This document shows, piece after piece, positions 29,900 through 41,159 of a stretch of 64,000 nt of DNA (its first letter is position 1; the number at the start of each line of letters is the position of its first letter). The stretch is from the human T2T-CHM13v2.0 reference genome, Homo sapiens. The position numbers and the translations under genes were made by a program. The DNA lies in assembly GCF_009914755.1 (NCBI RefSeq), contig NC_060933.1. One strand, written 5' to 3'. Below the pieces are notes generated by a model. It was not told the DNA's origin. It ran no database searches and was given only the letters and a program-made list of their open reading frames with translations.

Positions 29900-30600
29900 G
29901 AGCAGAGTTAATAATTTTATGATGAGGAGGAGGCTCAGGCTGCCACCCTCCTCTTGTTGTCCTGGCAAATATTTTCATTAAAATTTTGGCAAGTGTCCTA
30001 ATTAATGAAAGCCTGATATTTTGGGGTTGCCATAGATTAAATTTCTTATGTTTTTTTTCTAACTGTTTCAATTATAATGTTACAAGTTTGGATAGTGTGC
30101 TTTTAAATTTTTTTGGAAAATACTGTCTTGATACAATTAGGCTAATGTTTGGTACTTAGACATGTTTGCATTTTGCTAGTTAAGATTATTTAAGAGCATT
30201 GACCTGAGGCCATTTGCAAAACTTGTGACCACAGCAGAATCTTGTTAAGGCAGTTTCAGCCCTGAATACTCTTTTCATGTTGTCTCTAATTGATGGTGAA
30301 AGTTTCATCCCTCTGTTATTTACCATTTTAAATACATGACCAAGCATCTTTGACTAGATAAATTTGAGGAATGGTTCCTAGCAGTTATTCTCTTCCCTTA
30401 GTTTCTGATGGGAATCATGGGTGGTTTGAAACTCTTGAAAGTTTTCAGGAATGGTGGTCCATTTGGGTTTTTCAAACCAACCTATACCCCAAACGGGGTA
30501 TTCAAACCCCAATGGGTTTTCCAGGCCTATCTAATAAGAGGATAAATTGATATAAATTTCCTTAGCTTTCTTATAGAGTCCAATGGGAGAGCAAGTTTTT
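29900..30600 (-). pseudogene. ERV gag (capsid) remnant
   Basis: 'VTSFANGLR' at ~30203-30229 and position directly upstream of protease. Confidence 0.5.
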
Positions 30601-30907
30601 CCATTTGAAACACTTTTGTCTATATGGCTTTATTTTTATCTGAAGTGACAAAAATGGAAATAATTTAATAGATTTAAATAATAAAATTGCGCTATTGTTA
30701 CATAGAAAGATGTCACTGTCAAAAAGACCAAACTAGAAAACTTGGCAGGGGCATAAGAAATAATCAAGTACTTCAAGTAATTCCACTGTGAGGTGATATT
30801 TATAGATGTAGGACAACACTTCTTACTGTATGAACTATTGGATTCCTGGAGATTCAAGAGACACACCCCAGGGGACGGTGAAGTGAAAGCAATTTTTATC
30901 ATAATTG

Positions 30908-31110
30908 AATCAGTTATTTTTTATTGCTGCCATAAGAAAATACTACAAATTTAGTAGCTTAAGACAGCATGAATATATTATCTAACAGTTCTGTAGATCA
31001 GAAGTCTGACACAGGTCTCACCATACTAAAATCAAAAAGATCAGCAGGTCTGTGATCCTTTCTAGAAGTGCTGGGAGAAAACATGCGACCTTCTTCATTC
31101 AAGTTATGCA
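30908..31110 (-). mobile_element. MLT1-type MaLR LTR fragment
   Basis: 'attgctgccataagaaaatactacaaatttagtagcttaagacagc...acagttctgtagatcagaagtctg'. Confidence 0.7.
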
Positions 31111-31829
31111 CAAATCTAAGGAAGCTTAAACTATCTTGGATTGTGTTGCTTGCATACTACTCAATTACTAAACATGTCAGCATTCATTAAATTAATAAAT
31201 ATCTAAATGTCCTGCCAATAGTGAAGATAAAACATAGGCTCAGAAACATACTTTTCAGTTCCAGGAAAGCCTACTTTAGTTTAGATGTCTTGACATCAGA
31301 AAAAAATCAATCTTATCAACAAACTATAAACCATTAGACTTTTATTATATTTAAGTTTTTTCTAATACCATATGGATGGATATACTGTTGAAAAGTTGTA
31401 ACAATAATTCTGAAAAATGATTGTATTTATGACTGCAGAGAAATAAACAAAAATTGATATTTTTCTTGGAAAAATTAATTTCCAATTAATATAGATTTTT
31501 TATTTCAGTATATAAGGATTTCTTTAAAGCAAAAGACAACAGACCCACAACAAATAAGCTGTTATCAATTCATTAATGGCTTTCCAAAACATGGTATTAA
31601 GAATATACAAAAATAAATCTATATTTAGATAAAATATTTAGCATTGAACCACACAAAATATATTCCTCAAAATTAAAACTGACAGCCTTGCTCATATATT
31701 CTTTTGTAAGAAAAATGTAAATATCATAGACAAATAGACTGAATATTTAAAAGGCAGTAGGTTTACCCATGAAGCTAATGACATAGCTACAAAGCATCTT
31801 AAAACTTTATACTCATCCTACTGAACAAT

Positions 31830-32105
31830 CTTCTAGGTCTTTGCTGAGTTCTTTCTCATTCTTCAGGATTCAGTTAAAGTGTCACATTCTCAAGGAGCCT
31901 TTTCCTAATAACCTCTGGCCCCTGTAGCAATCCTTATCTGCATATGATCCCTTATTGCATTATGTAATTACTTGTTTAGTCTTAGCATCTCCACTTTGAT
32001 AAAAACGGTTTTCTCTTCCTTCTTCAGCATTATTTTCCAGTGCCTAGAACTGTCTCTGGCAGGTAGGAAGTACTATACAAATACTTGTTGAAAGAATGAA
32101 TGGAT
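31830..32105 (+). mobile_element. L2 LINE 3' end
   Basis: 'cagtgcctagaactgtctctggcaggtaggaagtactatacaaatacttgttgaaagaatgaatg'. Confidence 0.75.
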
Positions 32106-32654
32106 AGACAATGTTAAGCTCACTTAGAAAACCTGAGGCCAGGTTTCAGGTGTGCCTAATATAGTAGAGGTGCTTACAGTGGGGTTAGGGAAGTGTGAAG
32201 TAGCAGCCTACGAAGAAGACTACTACAGACAATTAGAAGTAGTATCCAGTCCAATAAAAGCAAAATGACATAAAAACAACGACAACAACAACAACAGAAA
32301 CCTCTAAAACATTTTCAAACATAGAGTAAAAACCATATATGATAAAGCTCTATATTTACTTGAGAGCTATTAAAAGTCAGTGTAGTAAGAGTTCCACAAA
32401 GGTGCACTTCTTGTGCCAACCACAGAAATTTGAACAGAGCCCATGTAGGCTGCTGGGCTATACAATCACTTGAGTGCACCTTGGCCAAACATATTGGAGA
32501 AAATTGGAGGCACAAAAGCAACCTCTTGAACTCAAAATTAACAAATGAGCTGACAGGAGAAGAAATGGGAAGAATTTTAATTTGTTAATTCCTGCTATAT
32601 TACCAGCATCTTACTAGGGAATGAGTGCTTGCCCCATCTTGTAAAACAATATGA

Positions 32655-32790
32655 AATCACCATTTTACAGATAAGGACCCTGTAGGTCATCATTAAGTAA
32701 CTTGCCAAAGTACCCAGTTAGCAAAATAAAAATTAGAGTATGAAGCCAGAACTTGTCAGCTACACAGTCCATTCTGTTTCTACCATAGCA
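32655..32790 (-). mobile_element. MIR fragment
   Basis: 'ccattttacagataagg...taagtaacttgccaaag'. Confidence 0.65.
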
Positions 32791-33154
32791 TGTTAACAAG
32801 AAACCTTTCTGATACTTGAGAAATTTAAAGTGACATTCATTCACTCAGTATTGCAGAGAAGAAATTTCATCTTATTCCAGGTACCGGTGATTGTATAATC
32901 ATCTTACCTAGCATCAAGCAATTTTGTGCCAAATAATAAAATAACTAATTAATAAAATAGAAATTTGAACATAGTGCAAGTCTAACACTAATTTATGGCT
33001 TAAAACATGTTTAACCTATTGAGAAGGTATTCTTGAGCATCTCATTGAGAAAATATTAGCTGATTTGCAAATGATTGTGTTGACATCAGTGATAAAAAGA
33101 GGGTCAACAGCAGTCAGTTTTACACTCCAGAGGCAGTATCAGAAGAAGAGATGA

Positions 33155-33327
33155 GGCTGGGTGCAGTGGCTCATGCCTGTAATTCCAACACTTTTGGGAA
33201 GCCGAGGTGGGTGGATCGCTTGAGTCCAGGTGTTTGAGACTAGCCTGAACAACATGGCGAAACCCTGCCTCTACAAAAAATTAAAATAATTAGCTGGGCA
33301 TCGTGGCACACACCTGTAGACTCAGCA
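33155..33327 (+). mobile_element. Alu (J-like), 3'-truncated early in the right arm
   Basis: Left arm and linker present; sequence stops after 'cctgtagactcagc' with no polyA. Confidence 0.88.
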
Positions 33328-33799
33328 CATGTTTTTCCTCTCAATAAATGTTTCATCTGCACTGATTTACCTCCTCAGGGTCAGCTCTCTTATGGTTGTG
33401 AGTGCTGTTTGAGGACATGGATGAGGGTGACTTGGGCTTTATTAGTGAAAGCACATGCTGTCAATGTGGATCTGCAGTTAGTTTGTCTCCCCAATATTCT
33501 AGTGATGTGAAGAACACAATCTTGCCATAATCAATGAGTTTCTTCAGTGACATTTCAATAAAACGTCATAGCTAGGAGGAAAAAGCTAAGCCAATGGTTC
33601 TTGATCTATTTATAATATAACATTTTCAAACATAATTATATTTTCATCCCCAATACACACAACAAATCAGAATGGAATTTTTTTTTATTGGTGTTAGTGA
33701 TGTCAGGGGACATGAGGCCAGCATTTGTGTCCTTCATCTGACACCTCAATGGCTCCTAAGGACCTGTAAATATAACAAGATGAATGCTAGTTTAATTAA

Positions 33800-33900
33800 A
33801 TCTTCCAGTTTACACAAGGAAATTCTGAGATCCAGAGAGATTAAGTTCCTTGTCCAGGGCCACACAGATGATTGGTATTGAGCTGGGGTCCTGGCCACAT
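33800..33900 (-). mobile_element. MIR fragment
   Basis: 'tttacacaaggaaattctgagatccagagagattaagttccttgtccagggccacacag'. Confidence 0.65.
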
Positions 33901-34073
33901 GGTCTTTCTCTGGCAATGGTTTCCCATCCTCAAATCCAGAGCTCCCTGTCAGAACTTTCTCCTGTAGACTTGGTTTCCATTTCCATTTCCACCAATTACA
34001 GGAGTAATTCTGAACTCCTGAGTAAATGCAGAAAGTTTAAGGAATGCAGAGGCCTTAACTGCAGTTTTAACAG

Positions 34074-34650
34074 TGTATTAGTTAGGGTGCTTCAGAGACA
34101 GAACTAATAGGATGTATGTATATACGAAAGGGAGTTTATAAAGGATAATTGGCTCACATGATCACAAAGCAAAGTCCAATGATAGTCTGTCTGCAAGCTG
34201 AGGGAGAAATAAACCAGTAGTGACTCAGTCAGAGTCCCAAAGCCTCAAAAGCAGAGAAGCTAACAGTGCAGCCTTCAGTCTGTGGTCAAAGGCCAGAAAG
34301 CCCCCAGCAAATCACTGCTGTAAGTCCAAGAGTCCAAAGGCTGAAGAAACTGGAGTCTGATGTCCAAGGGCAGGAGGAATGAATGGAAGCATCCAGTACA
34401 GAGGGAAGATGAAAGCCAGAAGACTCAAGTCACCTTATGTCACTTCTTCTGCCTACTTTGTTCTAGCCACTCTGGCAGCCAGTCGGATGGTGCCCACCCA
34501 CATTGAGGGTAGGTATTCCTCTTTGAGTTCACTGACTCAAACTTAACCTCCTCTGGCAACACCCTCACAAACACACCAAGAAACCTACTATACCACCTAT
34601 GTAGGCATACTTCAATCCAATCAAGTTGACACCTAATATTGATCACCACA
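34074..34650 (-). mobile_element. MLT2-type (ERVL) solo LTR
   Basis: TG...CA termini, minus-strand start TGTGGTGATCAATATTAGGTGTCAACTTGATTGGATTGAAG, perfect 5-bp TSD AACAG. Confidence 0.9.
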
Positions 34651-36791
34651 AACAGCCATAATTTGCCATTCTTATCACAAACACACTGAATTCAGAAGTG
34701 ATTTTCTTCAAACCTTTAATACAGGCTCAGATCCATAAATTCCTTTCTGTTGTTATTTAAATATTTCAGGGGTGTGTGTGTTGTCTCCAAAACCAGTGAG
34801 CCAGTGAGAATGCCCCTAGAGGACAGGAACACATATTAGAGTCATATGAAGAAAAACAAAGGGAAACAATTATATCTGGGTCATTGCTTACCTAATTACT
34901 TTTGAGGGCAAGATAATTACAGAGTAAGGAACTTTCATTGTCTGTCAGCAAACCTGTAGACCTATCCCATAAAAAAGATGGCTGCTTAGGTTTTGCTATG
35001 TTTTTATTCCAAAGGAATTTTCTTGAAATAGAGTTGCTTTCTGTTATTTTTGTATGTTATTGCCATATCTGTGATCTTTACTTTTCCTCTATTGTTTGCT
35101 TGTGAAAGCTGTAGTTATAGATAGTTGTAATCTCTTTTAAGTAGATATTAATATATATTCTAATATTTATTTTGTTTACTACATTAAACACATTTTGCTG
35201 ACTTCCAGATAAATATAGGAATATGTATACTTGACTTCCTAGAAGATCACTTCATATCAGAATCAACAAGCACAAACCTCTGTATTTTGGGGGAAAATAT
35301 AAGGCTTCTGATGTTCACATTTTGTGTAAGCAATTTTGAGGATTTGTCATCATTTTTGCTCCTTAACACTTAGTCACAATATTATGTGTAGTACGGTATT
35401 TCGATACAATTGCAATCAGTACTTTATACATGCATGCAAATATCAGCTATTACAAGACAATACAAATGATTTCTACTTTGTTTATTCGTGTGCATGATCT
35501 TGAACTATTATTGCCAGGGAAACAAAATATTTGTTACCTGTTGGAAAAAGTTACAAGTGATTGAGTCCTTTGACTTCAATGGTTGGTAGAACAGAAACAA
35601 ATTAACTGTGCAGGAGACACAAAGATAATGTTTAAGTTTACTTTTACAGAGAGAAAGGGATCTTTTGGAATTTGATATTTTTGACATACAATTTCCCTTT
35701 TGTTTTTCCTTCATTATTAATAGTGGTGCTATGAATAACAGAGTATCTGAGTTTAAGAAATTAAAGGACTGGGGAAATTTCCTGAAATTTTTGCTTTGGG
35801 TGTAAAATTTAAGTAGCTGTCATTGGCTAAGTCTTGAAAGAATACCAAAAATCTATGAAGGGGAGAGCATACAAGATTGACATAAATTTCAAATACAGTG
35901 CTGGAAGACTGATTTAATACCAGCATGAAGAAGCTTTAAACTGTGGTGAATTTCATTTTGGCATTAAGGATTGGAATAGTATATGGGAATGTTTTCCAAT
36001 CCCTTATACCTCTGATGATTCAGAGAAAAAAAGAGCCTACACATTTATGCATCACAGAATTGAGAAAACTAAGTGAAACTATCGCGTGTGTGTGTGTGTA
36101 TATATACATATACATCATATAAACTAACAACTGATACAGATAAAAGACAAATAAGATAAGTAATAAAATACTTTGAGATAATCGTGTTGCATATCAACAA
36201 ACATTTTAAGTTACTTTGTGGGAAACATCTTTATTACATTTTAAATTGGAGCAAATGCTGTTGACAGTAATATAAGAAAGAAACTATCAGTGGCAGATCT
36301 AAATTACCTCTGAGGCTTTGGGTTTTTATAGTTCTAATTTATATGATTCTGCTGGTCTACAGAAATTATTTTTATAACATATACATTCTCCATAGTTAAA
36401 AATCCTGACTAGAAACATTTATCATCTTAAATATGGCTAAAAAATTCTGATCTTAAGGGATACTAGGGACAATTTATCACCTTGAAAATGGATAAAAATT
36501 TTTCTAATCTTAAGGGATCTCACCTCATAATGTAAAGGCAACAGCTAGATTTATGGAGTTAAAATATTGTTTAGTTTAGCTCAGAAGTGTTTACGTATAC
36601 ACATTGTAGTAGTAGCTGTAGCTAATTGTATAATAGGCTTACGACCCTAATATTTATTTCAAATTTAGCTTTATTTGGTTGGTATTCTTCTGGTTTTGTG
36701 TTTGTATATGAGAATTAACTCTTCAAACATCCAAAAATAGCCTTCTTTCTTTTAAATTAAAACATTTAAAAAGAGGTTTACATAAATAGAC

Positions 36792-37417
36792 TGTTGGCAG
36801 AAAGAGTCAAACCCTGTAAAATATTTGAAGAGATTTATTCTGTGTCAAATATGAGTGACTGTGGCCCGTGACACAGCCCTCATGAGATCCTCAGAACATG
36901 TGCCCAAGGTGATTGTGGTGCAGCTTGCTTTTATATGTTTTAGGAAGACTTGAGACTTCAATAGAATACATTTAAGAAATACATTGGTAAGGTCCAGAAA
37001 GGTGAGACAACTTGAAAAGGATGGGGAGGGGTGTTTGGGGGTCGGGTGGGGTGGCGTGGGGTGGCTTCCAGGTTACAGATAGATTTAAAAATTTTTTGGT
37101 GGACAATTGGTTGAGTTTATCTAAAGACCTGGGATCAATAGAAAGGAAATGCCTGGGTTGCCATAAGAGGTTGTGGAAACCAAAGTTTTATGCAGATGAA
37201 GCCTTCAGGTTTTAGGCTTCAGAAAGAATAGATTGTAAATGTTTCTTATCAGACTTAAGATCTGTGTTGATGTTAATGCCTGAGAGGTAGAATGAAGCAT
37301 GTCCGACCCCTACTTCCCATCATGGCCTGAACCAGTCTTTCCAGTTAAAGCACCCTGGCTGAGGAGGAAGTCCATTTAGATGGTTGGGGAGCATTAGAAT
37401 TTTATTTTTAGTTTATA
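36792..37417 (-). mobile_element. MER4-type ERV1 solo LTR
   Basis: 'ctgtaaaatatttgaagagatttattctg...gaacatgtgcccaaggtg' and end 'agaattttatttttagtttata'. Confidence 0.8.
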
Positions 37418-37456
37418 ATAAGAAACAAAAATTAGGGCTTAGTTGCAAAACTGATC

Positions 37457-37565
37457 TTTTTTTTTTTTAATTTTGAGATGGGGTCTCCCTCTGTTTCCCA
37501 GGCTGACTTCGAATACCACCTTAAGTGATCCTTCAGCCCCAGCCTCCCAAGTAGCTGGGATTAGA
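37457..37565 (-). mobile_element. Alu monomer (FLAM-like) fragment
   Basis: polyT then 'gagatggggtctccctctgtttcccaggctg...cagcctcccaagtagctgggatta'. Confidence 0.8.
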
Positions 37566-37748
37566 GTCACATTAAACTCATGTTTTAAGCCTGAATTGGG
37601 TCCCCATAAAATTCATATGTTGAAGTCTTAACCTTAGAATGTGACTATATTTGGGGATAGGTCCTTTAGATGTAATTGAGGTAAAATAAGTTCAGATAAG
37701 TGGGTCCTAATCCAATTATGACTGTGGTCCTTATAAGAAAAGAAGAGT

Positions 37749-38009
37749 TGGGAGTCCCAGGCGGGTGTATCACCTGAGGTCAGGAGTTTGAGACCAGCTT
37801 GACCAAAATGGTGAAACCTTATCTCTACTAAAAATACAAAAAATTGGCCAGGCGTGGTGGCAGGTGCCTATAATCCCAGCTGCTTGGAGGCTGAGGCAGG
37901 CAAATCCCTTGAACCTGGGAGGCAGATGTTGCAGTGAGCTGAGGTCACGCCATTGCACTTCAGCCTGGGCCATGAGAGCAAAACTCCGTCTAAAAAAAGC
38001 AAAGAAAGT
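37749..38009 (+). mobile_element. 5'-truncated AluS nested in MLT1
   Basis: Alu dimer lacking its first ~45 nt; TSD AAAGAAGAGT at 37739-37748 and 38010-38019. Confidence 0.9.
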
Positions 38010-38199
38010 AAAGAAGAGTAGGGCACAGACACAAACCAAAGGAAGACCATGTGAGGAGGTCACAGAATGAGAAGGCAGCAAACCAAGGAGAGAGGCCTCA
38101 GAAGAAACCACATTTGCCAACAACTTCATCTTGAAACTCAAGCTTCCAGGACTGTGAGAATATAAATTTATATTGTTTAAGCTACCCAGTCTATAGCAT

Positions 38200-38965
38200 T
38201 GATAGGAAGAGGAGGCAAGAAATTCTGGGCAGAAGAGGACAGGTCCTTGGTGAGGACCAAAGTGAGAACTTACATCCCTGTTTTCCCGCTTGACTACTGC
38301 CTTTTCTAAAACCACCCATGCCCACCCTGCCTCCGATCCTGTGCCCATTAGAAACCTCAGGCTTAACCAGCAGAGAGAGGAGAGGCAGCTGAACATCAGA
38401 GGCTAGGGTTAGATGTGAGAGAGAAGTGGCTTGACTTCAGAGGGACAGCTTGACAGCATAGCTTTGGAGAGGAGTGCAGTCATCCCTACAAGATTATCTT
38501 CCTGCTCCATCCCTTTTCAGTTCCCCTTCCCACTGACAGCCACTATCACTGGCAATAAAATCCTCCACATTTACTATCTTCAATTCATTCATGCGACATT
38601 GTTCCTCCTGGTCGCCGGACAGGTACTCATATGCCACAAGTGTGGATTCAAATGCTGTCACACTGACTCTTCACTGAGCTATTAACACTTAAGCCATCTG
38701 CAGATGGCAAAGCTAAAACGGCACTGCAACACTTCCTCTGGGGCTTCAGGGATCATGGCCATCCTGCCCTAGACATTGCCACAGGGCCGGTACGGAATTT
38801 ACTCTTGCCAGCACCCAAAAGTGCTCGCCCTGGCTCCTGCACCCACTCACCTGTGCTCCCCCTCCCACAATGGGTGGAGCAGCAAGTGAGTGGAGTTCAC
38901 CCATGTCAGTGCCCATGCACTCCAGTTCCTGCCTGCGAAGAGGGTCAGGGAAATATCCTGCTTCA
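38200..38965 (+). mobile_element. MER50-like ERV1 solo LTR
   Basis: TGATAGGAAGAGGAGGCAAGAAATTCTGGGCAGAAGAGG start, AATAAA at ~38554, end 'atcctgcttca', 4-bp TSD GCAT/GTAT. Confidence 0.78.
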
Positions 38966-39289
38966 GTATTTTGTTATGGCAGCCTTTGCAAAGTAATTCA
39001 AATACTAAAGACAAAAGGTAAGCATGTTAGGCGCTTTTACAATTATTTCTTGTTTTTTAACACCATTCTTAACCTTCATTCCCACAAAAAAAAAATGCTA
39101 AAAATAACTTTAGCATAAGCTTTAGATAAGATGAAGAAAACTGGATGGTATCCTTCCTGCAAACTTACTACACAAATGCAAAATCACAATTTTTCTTGAA
39201 TTTTTCATAGTTGAAGTCTCACAGCAATCAACTAAGTTGAAATATTCACAGATCCAGGCACCCACATGAAAGAATGTGGCGCAAGCAAT

Positions 39290-40777
39290 TGAAACTGCAT
39301 TTGCAAAAATTATATCAGTAAGAAAATGATGGCATTTGGGGAGATCTGATCTAGCCAAAACCTCTCCTGCTTTTAGCCTTCAAGCTGTCTTAATTACTCC
39401 TAGGCATAGCTAACTTTAGTAGACATTTAGTTTATCCTTTGAATGTTAATAGCCCTTCACCCAAACTCAACTGCCTTTGTAAAGCTACTGAGAGACCACC
39501 AGGCTAGGGAGAAGAGAGAAGCCTGAATTCTTCAAAGTATAGACATAAAAGATTGCCAGCCATTTATTTTGAAGGTCACAAGACATGCAACTTCCCCAAT
39601 TACTTCTGCAGATAACATCACTGTTATAGAACCTAAGGTTGGCCTTTTGAGATATCTTTCTGAAATGGGAAAAGTTCCCTTGTCCCCCTAGCAGGCTGTG
39701 CAATGGGGGTGTGACTCGCTTCTTCAGTGCCCTGCTGCTCAAACCTCTAGGGGAGCATACAGATGGGCAGGCTGTGGGGCTCTGACCCCACTGCAGTGTT
39801 TAGCGGGTGAATGTTTACAGCTGAAGCCCCCGTGGGCATGTGTTACAGAGTGCTGTTTTCGTTTAGCTGTCCATAGGCGGCTTGTGTTAGTCAGCTCAAT
39901 TAGACCCCTGACTTATCACAAGGACAGGGGGCTTTCTGTATCCTGGGGTTCTCGCCTTGGTGTACTGGAAGAATCGGATCACACGTGGGCTTGGAGAATG
40001 AGTGCAAGGTTTTATTGAGTAGAAGTAGCTCTCAGTAGATGAGGAAGCCAGAAGGGAGACTGGTTTTCCCCTGGAGTTGGGCCACTCAGTGTTCCAGGCT
40101 CTCCTCCAATTGCCCCAGCCAAACTCTGCGTTGTTCTGCCGGTCAGTGGCCTCCCCGCTGCCGGTGCCTGTTGGTGCATTCCTCTCCATGTCCAGCAACC
40201 CGTGTGTTCCTCCACTGATGTGCTCCTCTCGATGTCCAGCCACCTGTGTGCCTACCTGTTAGGGTCCTGAGGTTTTCATATGCACAGGATGGGGGCATGG
40301 CAGGCCAGGACAGAAATGCAACATTTGGGCAGGAAAACAAAAATGCCTGTCCTCACCTAGGTCCGTGAGCACAGGGCCGGGGGTGGAGCCCTAGCCAGGG
40401 ACCATGCCATTCCCCCCTTCCGAATCATTTTCAGGTTTTTTGCACTTCTGACACCCATGGCTCCACATGGACCCACCAGCCCATGGCTCCTGTACCCACC
40501 CCAAAGTGACTCAGCACAAGAGAACAGCTTCCACTGCCTATGATTTTATCTCCAGCCCAATTGGTCAACAGCAAGCACCCACTGTTGCCACACTACTACT
40601 TCCCGCAAACTACCTTTGAAAAACTCCTAACTTATGAGCCCTTGATGATACTTGATTTGAGTAATAACTCCATCTCTGGCATGGCATGGGTGGCCTTTTA
40701 TCAATTAAACTCTCTTTACTGCAGTTTCCTGAACTGACTTTTTTTTGTGCAGCAGGCAGTAAGAAAACCCAGTTACA
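39290..40777 (+). mobile_element. LTR8-family ERV1 solo LTR interrupted by LTR1
   Basis: TGAAACTGCATTTGCAAAAATTAT start, 'gttaca' end, perfect 4-bp TSD CAAT. Confidence 0.82.
39661..40427 (-). mobile_element. LTR1-like ERV1 solo LTR nested in LTR8
   Basis: Minus strand TGATTCGGAAGGGGGG...GGTCCCTGGCTAGGGCTCCACCCCC...GGGGACAAGGGAACTTTTCCCATTTCA; host LTR rejoins across it. Confidence 0.78.
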
Positions 40778-41093
40778 CAATTGCTTTTCTAAGAGAGAGA
40801 CCAGACCTCTTGTAAACCATAATTTTGTTACAAATTTTAGCAAATGGCCAAAGGCCTGGTTTGAGGGGATTACAGAACCGGTTGTAGCACCAGACATGGA
40901 GAATTCAAAACTGCTTTCAGTCTTTTTTCCTCTTTTTCTCATTAAGCACATGCAAGCAGGATTGGCAACAGAGGAGTGGGGAGACAGGGAAAACCCTGTC
41001 TTGTGCTGGAGGCCTGGAGGGGAGGGAAAGAAGGAAACAATGAAGAAAAGACAAAACAGAGGCAAAGGGGGGCAATAATCCCTAAAAGATAGG

Positions 41094-41141
41094 AAAAACA
41101 AACAAACAAACAAACAAACAAACAAAAAAACAAAATAAAAC
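41094..41141 (+). repeat. (AAAC)n microsatellite
   Basis: Direct observation. Confidence 0.9.
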
Positions 41142-41159
41142 AGCTGGGCTCTGGATTAC

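Larger units (their letters stand above)
26377..30650 (-). mobile_element. Decayed class I ERV internal region (MER31-associated): gag-pro-pol remnants, no env seen
   Basis: Ordered gag, protease, RT, RNase H and integrase motifs on the minus strand, ending at PPT plus LTR; upstream boundary approximate. Confidence 0.85.
37581..39000 (+). mobile_element. MLT1B-like MaLR LTR split by an Alu and a MER50-like LTR
   Basis: Collinear pieces 37581-37748, 38010-38199 and 38966-39000 ending 'gtattttgttatggcagcctttgcaaagtaattca'. Confidence 0.8.

Noticed and set aside
37770-38396. 208-aa minus-strand ORF
   Set aside because: Chance read-through across MER50, MLT1 and antisense Alu sequence; typical Alu-derived peptide at the end.
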